This document shows, in pieces, positions 28,904-37,157 of a DNA stretch of 64,000 bases. Positions within the stretch are counted from its first letter, which is position 1. Every line of letters begins with the position of its first letter. The notes under the pieces are model-generated. The model did not search any database, had not been told where the DNA came from, and worked only from the letters and a program-made list of their open reading frames with translations. The DNA lies in NCBI GenBank assembly GCA_965221695.1, contig OZ244905.1:1280001-1344000 (forward strand). The letters run 5' to 3'. The position numbers and the translations under genes are program-made. Source of the DNA: Gammaproteobacteria bacterium. GTDB lineage: Bacteria; Pseudomonadota; Gammaproteobacteria; Eutrophobiales; Eutrophobiaceae.

Positions 28904-30655
28904 ATGTCCCGTTTGCCGCGAAATTTGATGCTTGCGCTCTCCTTCGGTCAGGGGTTGGCCTTACTGTTCCTCTGGCGTGCGGGGACGGGCGAGGCATGGC
29001 TGGCGCAAATCCCGGTTGTTAACTTTCCGTTGTGGACCCTGGCCATTGCCTGGCCGGCGTTGTTGTTGCTGAGCCTGGAACAGGACAACAAGGCGCAAGT
29101 CTTCAAACTGGTCAGCGCGTTTTCACTGCTGCTCATTCTGCCGGCAACCTACATCGGTTGGCAGGCATCGCCGTTTGGTGAATTCTCAATTTACTCAATG
29201 GTGTTTATATATGTCGTGACGTTGACTGTAGGGTGTTTCAAAGCCCTGATGTATTTGCAGCAGCGCGCCACCGGTTTACCGTTAACCTATGAGCAATTGT
29301 TCACTTACTCCTGGCGCAACTTCCTGGTGACCCTGCTGGCCGGCGCGTTTGTGCTCGTGGTTAGTGGACTGTTTGCTCTTTGGGGAGGCCTGTTCAGTCT
29401 GATCGGCATTGATTTTTTCGTAACGTTATTCTCAAAAGACTGGTTCCTGCATCCGATACTCGCGGTTGCTTTTGGCATTGCCGTATTTATTTTCCGTAAC
29501 CTGACCGGTGTGATTGATAATATTACCAGCCTGCTGAGCGGAATGATGCGGCTGTTGTTGCCCCTGGTACTCGTGATTATGACCCTGTTTATCGCGACCT
29601 TGCCGTTCACTGGTCTGGCGCCGCTGTGGGAAACGGGCAGGGGAACCGGCTTGTTGATATGGTTGAACGCGGTAACGCTGTTTTTTGCCAATGCGGTATA
29701 CCAGACGGGTCGCGATTTGCCTTATCCATCTCTTGCACATCGTTTAGTCTCACTCGGCACTGCCTTGCTCCCCATCATATCGGCACTGGCGCTGTATGGA
29801 CTGTGGTTGCGGATTGATCAATACGGCTGGAGCGTCGACCGTTGTTGGGCGTTTGCGATAACGATATTGCTGGGCATGTTCTCCTGCGGTTACCTGTGGG
29901 CGATCATTCGCCGGCGTTTCAACTGGATTGCGGGCCTGGCCCGCGTCAATATCACCATGGGCTGGGTGGTGGCGCTGGTGATGTTGCTGGCAAACACACC
30001 CGTGCTCGACTTTCGTTCCATCTCGGTGGCCAGCCAACTCAATCGCGTAGAAAGCGGCGAAATCGAATTGGCAGAACTAGATTTTGTGTACCTGAAGCGG
30101 CAACTCGCCCGACCCGGTTACCTGGCGCGGCAAAAGCTGGCAGAACAAGTGGCGGATATTGACCCGGACCTGGCCGAGCGCATAACACAAGGCAAAAATT
30201 ATATTGTTGGCACAACCACCGGCTTTTGGGAACGCGTCACGTATCGACCACAAGAGTTTGCAATCCCCCAGAGCTTACAGGCGCAGATTAACGAAGGAAT
30301 GCTAGGGGATCTATGGTCTGGGAGGCGCGGGGCTTTGTCTCAAAAGCCCATATTCATTCAAGTTGATTTGAATAATGATGAGAGCCCGGAATATGTTCTG
30401 GTCAGCGTCGACGCGGTCTTCCAAGACGTGTTCGGCTTCTGTTTCTTTTTCAACGGCAATACTTGGGAGAAGCACAACATCACCCAGGTCCCCTCGCACT
30501 CTATGATAGACTATACAGCCCCGGAAACCCAGGACATTGATGTTCTGGACGACGCGTTGCGCCACGGGAACATCGAGACCGTCGCGCCAACCTTCCAGTA
30601 CCTCAAAATCGGCCAACTGGTCATAAGGGTAGTGGAACCGGCACGGACGCAATGA
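28904..30655 (+). CDS. multi-pass membrane protein, DUF4153-like
   Basis: Many TM helices, LWGGLFSLIGIDFF, LRIDQYGWSVDR, ISVASQ. Confidence 0.75.
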   Translation: MSRLPRNLMLALSFGQGLALLFLWRAGTGEAWLAQIPVVNFPLWTLAIAWPALLLLSLEQDNKAQVFKLVSAFSLLLILPATYIGWQASPFGEFSIYSMVFIYVVTLTVGCFKALMYLQQRATGLPLTYEQLFTYSWRNFLVTLLAGAFVLVVSGLFALWGGLFSLIGIDFFVTLFSKDWFLHPILAVAFGIAVFIFRNLTGVIDNITSLLSGMMRLLLPLVLVIMTLFIATLPFTGLAPLWETGRGTGLLIWLNAVTLFFANAVYQTGRDLPYPSLAHRLVSLGTALLPIISALALYGLWLRIDQYGWSVDRCWAFAITILLGMFSCGYLWAIIRRRFNWIAGLARVNITMGWVVALVMLLANTPVLDFRSISVASQLNRVESGEIELAELDFVYLKRQLARPGYLARQKLAEQVADIDPDLAERITQGKNYIVGTTTGFWERVTYRPQEFAIPQSLQAQINEGMLGDLWSGRRGALSQKPIFIQVDLNNDESPEYVLVSVDAVFQDVFGFCFFFNGNTWEKHNITQVPSHSMIDYTAPETQDIDVLDDALRHGNIETVAPTFQYLKIGQLVIRVVEPARTQ

Positions 30656-30728
30656 GTCCACCACCACTACCCCTGGAAGCGTCAAAATCGGCCCATTGAC
30701 CAGCACCACACACGCAATGAGCCCAGCC

Positions 30729-30762
30729 CATGGGAGCGCGGGTGTCCTGCTCGCGTGCGGGC
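30729..30762. repeat. REP-like family B partial copy
   Basis: catgggagcgcgggtgtcctgctcgcgtgcgggc. Confidence 0.6.
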
Positions 30763-30849
30763 ACAAGCCCACCAATTTATAAGCCGCCCTCCTGACGCCT
30801 CATGGTTTTAACGGATTCCCTGATTGAGATACCCGTCCACCATTAAACC

Positions 30850-30882
30850 TTGCATTTTCAAAGTCAGACTTTTAATATGCAA
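30850..30882. promoter_or_regulatory. palindromic operator overlapping the putative promoter of the ATPase gene
   Basis: ttgcat-tttc-aaagtc-a-gacttt-taat-atgcaa. Confidence 0.6.
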
Positions 30883-30885
30883 GGT

Positions 30886-32127
30886 ATGAAAAGACAATAC
30901 CTTCAACTCGTAAAGGAATACCTTGGCTATTTTCCCTGCGTTGTCATAGTCGGCGCTCGCCAGACCGGTAAAAGCACGCTGATCAAAATGGCAAACGACG
31001 GTCGGGAGATTTTCGACTTGGAGTTACGGGCGGACTTCAACCAGATAGCACAAGACCCGGACCTGTTTTTACGTTTGAGCGATAAGCCCATCGCGATTGA
31101 CGAAGCGCAACTGCTGCCGGAATTATTCCCGGCGCTGAGGGTTGCCATCGATAAAGACCGGCATGCATACGGCAAATACCTGTTATCCGGCTCCGGTTCA
31201 CCGGAATTATTGACAGCTATTTCCGAGTCTCTGGCAGGTCGGGTAGGCATTATCGAGTTGGCGCCCTTCAGTTTTTCCGAGACTCAGGGTATTGATTCAC
31301 CCAATCTGCTCAGTCTGTTTGCCGACGATTTCGATCCGGATGCTCTCTCACAATCTGCCTCTTCAGTTGACCTCCATGGACTGAGTCAAGAGATCAGCCG
31401 CTACTGGTTGCAGGGCGGCTACCCTGAGCCATGGGTGCGAACATCGGGCAAATTTCAGGAAGTCTGGCATGAACAGTATCTGAAGACCTATGTAGAGCGG
31501 GATGTACTCCGGCTTTTTCCCGGACTTAATCCGACGCGTTTTAGCCGATTTATCGAATTGCTGGCCGGCTACTCCGGCTCGATAATCAATTACTCCAACG
31601 TTGCCTCATTGCTGGATGTCTCACAACCCATTGCCAGAGACTATTTCAATATTGCTCATGGCACGTTTATCTGGCGGCATCTTCCCGCTTATCATAAAAA
31701 CACGAGCAAACGCGTGTCAAAGCGTCCGCGCGGATATTTGCGCGATACGGGATTATTGCATCATATCCTGCAAATACCCTCCCACAGACGCCTGTTGTCC
31801 CACCCGCAAATGGGGTCGAGTTGGGAAGGACTGCTGATTGAAGAAATACTGCGTACGCTTAATGCGGCCGGCATCCGCCACACTGCGTACTACTACCGCA
31901 CCAGTGGCGGCGCGGAAGTGGATTTAATCCTGGAAGGCCCGTTCGGACTGATTCCTTTTGAAATCAAGTATACGCAAAGCGTCAATCCACGCCACTTGCG
32001 CAGCATCAGGGATTTTATCAACGAATTCCACTGCCCCTACGGCATCGTCATCAACAATGATGAAAAACTCAGAGTTTACGACGAAAAATTATTCGGCATA
32101 CCTTTCCCGCTGTTGATTGCCGGCTGA
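30886..32127 (+). CDS. AAA_14 ATPase with DUF4143 domain
   Basis: GARQTGKST, IDEAQ, ESLAGR, GGYPE, DTGL, EVDL..FEIK; start set at MKRQY. Confidence 0.9.
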   Translation: MKRQYLQLVKEYLGYFPCVVIVGARQTGKSTLIKMANDGREIFDLELRADFNQIAQDPDLFLRLSDKPIAIDEAQLLPELFPALRVAIDKDRHAYGKYLLSGSGSPELLTAISESLAGRVGIIELAPFSFSETQGIDSPNLLSLFADDFDPDALSQSASSVDLHGLSQEISRYWLQGGYPEPWVRTSGKFQEVWHEQYLKTYVERDVLRLFPGLNPTRFSRFIELLAGYSGSIINYSNVASLLDVSQPIARDYFNIAHGTFIWRHLPAYHKNTSKRVSKRPRGYLRDTGLLHHILQIPSHRRLLSHPQMGSSWEGLLIEEILRTLNAAGIRHTAYYYRTSGGAEVDLILEGPFGLIPFEIKYTQSVNPRHLRSIRDFINEFHCPYGIVINNDEKLRVYDEKLFGIPFPLLIAG

Positions 32128-32160
32128 AAGGATACTCCACAGCCTTATCTTTAATTTCAC

Positions 32161-32175
32161 TTAAGGAACCTCTGA
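32161..32175. repeat. terminal fragment of repeat family A
   Basis: ttaaggaacctctga, then diverges; at the edge of the AT-rich islet. Confidence 0.6.
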
Positions 32176-32201
32176 GATTAACTCTCACTTGTGTCCGCCA
32201 A

Positions 32202-32474
32202 TCAGTAGGCCGGAGTGTGTCGGACATGGTCGGAAACCAGCAGAGGTAGAGGGACATCAATCATGAGTGCGCCGGAATCTTCAGCAGCCTGTAGCACAGA
32301 GGATGCTTGTCGTGAGCCTAAACTGGCGTATTCTTTGTCAGGTTTGAAACCCAGTTCTTTCAGCGCCTCTGAAAGAACCCCTCTCTCATAGCAGGATTCA
32401 ATAAAAAGCTGGATTGCCTCAAGATCTGGGTTATGCATGGCCATTATCGTTATCCTAATTTTGAGTATACCCAT
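32202..32474 (-). CDS. small hypothetical protein
   Basis: 90-aa ORF divergent from the XRE gene; no recognisable motif. Confidence 0.4.
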   Translation of the reverse strand: MGILKIRITIMAMHNPDLEAIQLFIESCYERGVLSEALKELGFKPDKEYASLGSRQASSVLQAAEDSGALMIDVPLPLLVSDHVRHTPAY

Positions 32475-32663
32475 AGGAGTATCTGTTCCTCAATGCTTAT
32501 GGATTAGGTTCGTTAGAAAATTGATTCTATCATGTCATTGAATCTCATCAATGTCTTATATTACCCATTATTAATATGATATGTCATCATAATGTCATTT
32601 TATTTATATACTTTTATCATGTATTATTATAAATATGTCATTAATATATCAAAGGTGAATTGT

Positions 32664-33617
32664 ATGAAAATCGATCCAAAATCCTTGAAACAATTGCGTA
32701 ACTCGAAATCCTGGTCTCGAGCAAAACTTGCGGAGTTGTCACATGTATCAGAACGACAAATTGCGCGAATTGAAGCTTCTAAGACAAATTGTGATGTGCG
32801 CGAAGCTACGCTTAAACGGTTAGCCAATACTTTGAAAGTAGAACAGGAGGCACTCACTGGAGAAAAACCACCGAGTCTCCCCTCATCTCGCCCGACTACA
32901 GATGTTCAAATAAATTCTAAGATCAGCTCAGAGGTGATTCTTGCATTCGATTTAGTGGGTCTTCGATATGGGGCGAGCCACAAAGATTTGATTGTGTTGG
33001 CCCCACTGCTTTTCACATTATTAGCAGAAGGAAGTCTCGCTTGGCGTCGTAAACATCTTGGCGAGGTAGATGAAAAAATGGAAGAGCTGAAAGCGCTAAG
33101 CAATGAATACAAGCAACTTTATTTTGCTAAACACTTTCCGGATCTTGAGCATGGTCTTTGGGCTGAACAGGAATCAATTGAAAAAGCTGATCTAATCGGC
33201 AATATATTAAGGACGAGGAACGACAGTAACCTAGGTTTTGCTGATGTTGACGATCTATATGCAGTCACACCTTTTGCGGATTACTTATGTAAGTTCGCCG
33301 CTGATCTGGAAATTTCCGGTGTAGTCGATTTTGAAAATGTAGCCGATCTTGGAGATGAGAACGAATTTGGAGACGGAGTCGGTTATTTTGATGACATCTG
33401 GGGAGTTGAACCATATCAGGTTTGTCGGGACCAGCTAAAGGAAATCACAGGCGGTTCCGAAAAGGCTAAATCGGCATTACAAACCGGTAACGTGCGTTTA
33501 TCTGATATTCCAAAGGAATTGATGACAGAGCAGGCTAAGGAACAACGAATAGCCTGGCTGGAAGGTAAATATAAACCTATAGACTTATCCAAATTATTGG
33601 AGGCGCCATTAGCATGA
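32664..33617 (+). CDS. XRE-family HTH protein with large unknown C-terminal domain
   Basis: LKQLRNSKSWSRAKLAELSHVSERQIARIE; AAGGTG RBS before ATG 32664. Confidence 0.8.
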   Translation: MKIDPKSLKQLRNSKSWSRAKLAELSHVSERQIARIEASKTNCDVREATLKRLANTLKVEQEALTGEKPPSLPSSRPTTDVQINSKISSEVILAFDLVGLRYGASHKDLIVLAPLLFTLLAEGSLAWRRKHLGEVDEKMEELKALSNEYKQLYFAKHFPDLEHGLWAEQESIEKADLIGNILRTRNDSNLGFADVDDLYAVTPFADYLCKFAADLEISGVVDFENVADLGDENEFGDGVGYFDDIWGVEPYQVCRDQLKEITGGSEKAKSALQTGNVRLSDIPKELMTEQAKEQRIAWLEGKYKPIDLSKLLEAPLA

Positions 33618-33844
33618 AGAAGCAAAAGATAGAGCCTACTGATCATGCTGTGTTGCGGTATCTGGAGCGGATCATAGGTATTGACGTTGAAAATTATCGT
33701 AACAACCTTATTCAGGATTTGAATACAGCGCCGAGGGTGCAAAAGGTCATGGATTTTGTAGGAAATAGCAAATTTAAACTCACGAGAAACGGAGTTATCT
33801 ATCGTCTCCGTGATGGTAAGATTATCACCTGCTATCCAGATTAG
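33614..33844 (+). CDS. small basic protein with TDHAVLRYLER motif
   Basis: ATGA overlap with the XRE gene; HAxxR motif; ends DGKIITCY. Confidence 0.7.
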   Translation: MKKQKIEPTDHAVLRYLERIIGIDVENYRNNLIQDLNTAPRVQKVMDFVGNSKFKLTRNGVIYRLRDGKIITCYPD

Positions 33845-34046
33845 TATCACAAATATCCTTTGATTGACTGAAGGTAAGGCCTCCAGAATGTATATCGATT
33901 CCTGTTGTTTTCTTACGTGAGCGGCTTGCCGGCGGTATTGACGCCAGAAAATTTACACGCCGCAATGAGCAGTTGTTAAGATTTCCCTTGGATATTTGAT
34001 GTATGATGTTTGATGATATGTAAATCAATCCAATTGGTGATCTACA

Positions 34047-34295
34047 GTGCGCACAACTTTAAATATCGATAATGAATTGCTTATTGCGGTCAAGGAGCTA
34101 GCACATCGGGAACAAAAAACGGCCGGGTTGGTTGTGTCAGAATTACTGCGCCAGGCTTTGCAGGCACGTTTGGAACATGCGCGAGGAAAAACAGCCTCAC
34201 ACCGGGATATTTACGGGTTTCAACCTGTTCCTTCCCGCGGCAATATAGTGACTAACCAGTACATTAACCATCTCCGGGAGGAAGTCGGCGATTAA
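34047..34295 (+). CDS. VapB-like ribbon-helix-helix antitoxin
   Basis: MRTTLNIDNELL..KELA..E....VVSELLRQAL; precedes a PIN gene. Confidence 0.85.
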   Translation: MRTTLNIDNELLIAVKELAHREQKTAGLVVSELLRQALQARLEHARGKTASHRDIYGFQPVPSRGNIVTNQYINHLREEVGD

Positions 34296-34299
34296 CTCC

Positions 34300-34728
34300 A
34301 TGCGTTCACTGCTGGATATTAATGTATTGATCGCGCTTTTCGACGAGGACCACACGCACCATGCTGCTGCATCAGCGTGGTTGGAAGAACACATCAGCGA
34401 TGGTTGGGCTTCCTGTCCGCTGACTCAAAATGGCTGCATTCGGATTATGTCGCAACCCCGCTATCCTAACACGGTCCCTGTTGCTGACATTGTAACGAGG
34501 CTGCAGAAAGCAGTTTCTACCGGGTATCACCGTTTCGTCCCGGATAATGTCAGTATTCTGAATTCTGACATCATTAACCACAACCGCCTGTTAAGCCCAC
34601 GCCAGATTACTGATAATTACCTGATAGCTCTTGCGGTGGAAAATGAGTGCCGGTTTGTCACTTTTGACCGCTCAATTGCATTCGACATTGTAAAACAGGC
34701 GAGTTCAATGTCATTGATTGTGATCTGA
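34300..34728 (+). CDS. VapC-like PIN-domain toxin
   Basis: LLDINVLIAL, HTHH, QITDNYLIALA, FVTFD. Confidence 0.9.
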   Translation: MRSLLDINVLIALFDEDHTHHAAASAWLEEHISDGWASCPLTQNGCIRIMSQPRYPNTVPVADIVTRLQKAVSTGYHRFVPDNVSILNSDIINHNRLLSPRQITDNYLIALAVENECRFVTFDRSIAFDIVKQASSMSLIVI

Positions 34729-34832
34729 CATCGTATTATACAATTCACACCAGAACATTTGGCATCGTTCAGTATTTGTTCCATCGGTATAAATCATGAG
34801 ACAGGGCCCTTCTCGTCAACAATTCAGACGAA

Positions 34833-35384
34833 ATGCTGGTTGATCTTATTATTGATAAAGTGAAGGAGATCAGTAATGGAAAACACATTGCTAAAAAGGG
34901 ACATGTAGTTGATTTTTTGAAGAGACTAAAGGAGCAGCGACCTAAAGAGCCTACCAAACGAGAAGCAGATATTGATCGAGAAACAGGCCCACAAGAAAAA
35001 GTAAAATATCGGTATAAGCTTAATGGTCAAATTCATCCAGCCAAGTATGGTAAAGACGTTTACGTCCAGGCTCTGGATTATGTTTTCGTGAAATATGACC
35101 GATTTAAGGAAATTAAACTTCAAAAGTTCAATAAAAGCGGTAACCTTGGTACGCGATACCAAATGTCCGAACAACCCGATGAAGTTGTTATGGAAATGAA
35201 GCATAAAACACAATTATCCGAAAGTAGAATATGGGTCAATACCTGTCTATCCGCAGATGGTAAGAGAGCAAAGCTGATTTCAGTGGGCAAGTTCTATCAA
35301 CAATTTGAGGGGAGAAAAATCCTGGGCGAATGGGGAAGTGGCGCTGAAGTGGAGTTCGATATTCCAACGAAAACATCTGATTGA
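34833..35384 (+). CDS. hypothetical protein, probably a 5'-truncated fragment
   Basis: AT-rich ORF, no clear RBS; WVNTCLSA..K motif near the end. Confidence 0.5.
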   Translation: MLVDLIIDKVKEISNGKHIAKKGHVVDFLKRLKEQRPKEPTKREADIDRETGPQEKVKYRYKLNGQIHPAKYGKDVYVQALDYVFVKYDRFKEIKLQKFNKSGNLGTRYQMSEQPDEVVMEMKHKTQLSESRIWVNTCLSADGKRAKLISVGKFYQQFEGRKILGEWGSGAEVEFDIPTKTSD

Positions 35385-35454
35385 CGCTGACAACGGTAGC
35401 TTAGGTTATTTATCAACGCAGTTAAGTACGCCGAGAGGCTGATACAAAATTGAC

Positions 35455-35480
35455 GCGGGCGGGACACCTGCTCTCCCAGG
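35455..35480. repeat. REP-like family B arm
   Basis: gcgggcgggacacctgctctcccagg. Confidence 0.6.
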
Positions 35481-35532
35481 GGGATATGAGGGCGGCGCTT
35501 GTTTTCAGGGACGGGTTGGGCTGGCTTTTTGT

Positions 35533-36408
35533 TTATTTCGCTTGTAGCACCTCCTGGCAGGCAGCCGGTAGGTCGGCCATCATGATTTCGGGGGGTGGTT
35601 CTTCAGGCGCTGGCGGGTAGAGCGCTTCGTCGGTGAACCACCAGTCCAGTTCTGCATCGCAGCCATTGCCTTCTGGGGGTGGTTCCTGGCTGATACAAGC
35701 GCCTGCGTCCGGACAGTGCAAGCGCACGTGGAAATGGGAATCGTGGCCCCACCAGGGGCGCACCTTGCGTAGCCAGCCGGTATCGTTTTCATCTCTGTCG
35801 TCGCACAAGCGGCGTTTGATCGCCGCGTTCACAAAGATGCGAGCCACGGCTTTGTCCCGCGCCGCGGCCTTGATGACCCGGGAATGCCCATCGGTCCAGG
35901 TGTTGTTCACTTGCAGCCGGTTTGCCGCGACCAGGGAGGGAGAGTTTATTTGTTCGCGTTCTGCCTGACTCAATGCCAGGCTGTCCGGCGGGCGCAGCCA
36001 GATGTCGGCATCGAGACCGATCTGGTGCGAACGGTGGCTGGATATCATTGGTCCGCCCCGGGGTTGGCTGATATCGCCCACGTAAAGTCCCGACCAGCCG
36101 GCGGACTGGGCTGCGCGGGACAGCCGCTCGATGAATGCAATCATATCAGGATGGCCCCAGTTGCGATTGCGGGACAGCCGCATCGCCTGCCAGCCAGGGC
36201 CTGATTCGGGCAGTTGCGCGGCGCCGGCGAGACACCCAGCCGCATAGCCGCCAAACGGCGCGCTGGCGCCGTCTGTCGGCGTTGCCAGCCCGCTGAAGAT
36301 GAACTTGGCTGGCTGCCCGTTCTGCGCGCCGGCGTTGAATGGCAGAATAAGACCAGTAGCGAGAACCAGCCAAACGAATATGTTCGAATTTATGCAGGTT
36401 CCTATCAT
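35533..36408 (-). CDS. mepA: penicillin-insensitive murein endopeptidase
   Basis: GCLAGA, RNWGHP, GDISQPRGG, HRSHQIGLDADIW, RPWWGHDSHFHVRL. Confidence 0.93.
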   Translation of the reverse strand: MIGTCINSNIFVWLVLATGLILPFNAGAQNGQPAKFIFSGLATPTDGASAPFGGYAAGCLAGAAQLPESGPGWQAMRLSRNRNWGHPDMIAFIERLSRAAQSAGWSGLYVGDISQPRGGPMISSHRSHQIGLDADIWLRPPDSLALSQAEREQINSPSLVAANRLQVNNTWTDGHSRVIKAAARDKAVARIFVNAAIKRRLCDDRDENDTGWLRKVRPWWGHDSHFHVRLHCPDAGACISQEPPPEGNGCDAELDWWFTDEALYPPAPEEPPPEIMMADLPAACQEVLQAK

Positions 36409-36830
36409 TCCGGGGTGAATTCGCTCATACTGGGTGGATAAGTGTCGTATTTCGGCAAGTCATCGTTTATATCGCACCAGCTAGCCTTTGACTGCCAAAA
36501 CATATGCATCGCTTCTCCGATCTCAATTTCCCCGTCCAGGGTGGCGGCGGTAGCAGCAAGCGCTTTGCCGCCGTTGATCTCTGCAACCAGGGCCGAGCCG
36601 CACACATTACAGAACAGCCTGGCTGAGTGAGAGCTTGACTGGTAGCGGCCGAGTAGTTCCTCCCCTTCCAGCCAGGTAAAACGCTCCGGAGCTACCGGCT
36701 CAATGTAGGTGCCGAATGCGGCGCCGTGATATTTCTGGCAAAAGGCACAATGACAATGATCGATATCATCGGATGTTGTATGCACTTCATAGCGGATTTT
36801 CCCGCAAAGACAGCTACCTTGGGCTTTCAT
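36405..36830 (-). CDS. GFA/CENP-V family Zn-binding protein
   Basis: GSCLCG, CHCAFCQK, RLFCNVCGS. Confidence 0.9.
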   Translation of the reverse strand: MKAQGSCLCGKIRYEVHTTSDDIDHCHCAFCQKYHGAAFGTYIEPVAPERFTWLEGEELLGRYQSSSHSARLFCNVCGSALVAEINGGKALAATAATLDGEIEIGEAMHMFWQSKASWCDINDDLPKYDTYPPSMSEFTPE

Positions 36831-36925
36831 GGGGACCTCCGGTCAGGTTGATTTGATATCTCATAATACACCGCGCGAGACTGCGAGGGATATTATGCCC
36901 TAATCTGTATTCCCCATCGGAAATT

Positions 36926-37155
36926 AAAGGAAACTCTGAACAAGTCCATCCTGGACTTGCCAGAGTACGAAAAACAAAAATGCGATTTTTGTTTTCCTCA
37001 CAATATCAATGCCTTACAGTCATTGATATTGATGTGCACCTTCCATGGCGCACACCCTTCGGGCATCCTTCGGATGTCCAAATCCGCTCCAGGCGGATTT
37101 GTGACGATACATCCTTGTATCGTAGGAACCTCTGACTTAATCAGAGGTTCCTTAA
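36926..37155 (-). mobile_element. repeat family A, 230-bp copy with nested 72-bp insert (37033-37104)
   Basis: Matches the 28381 copy apart from the insert between hairpins 3 and 2 and a few substitutions. Confidence 0.9.
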
Positions 37156-37157
37156 GA

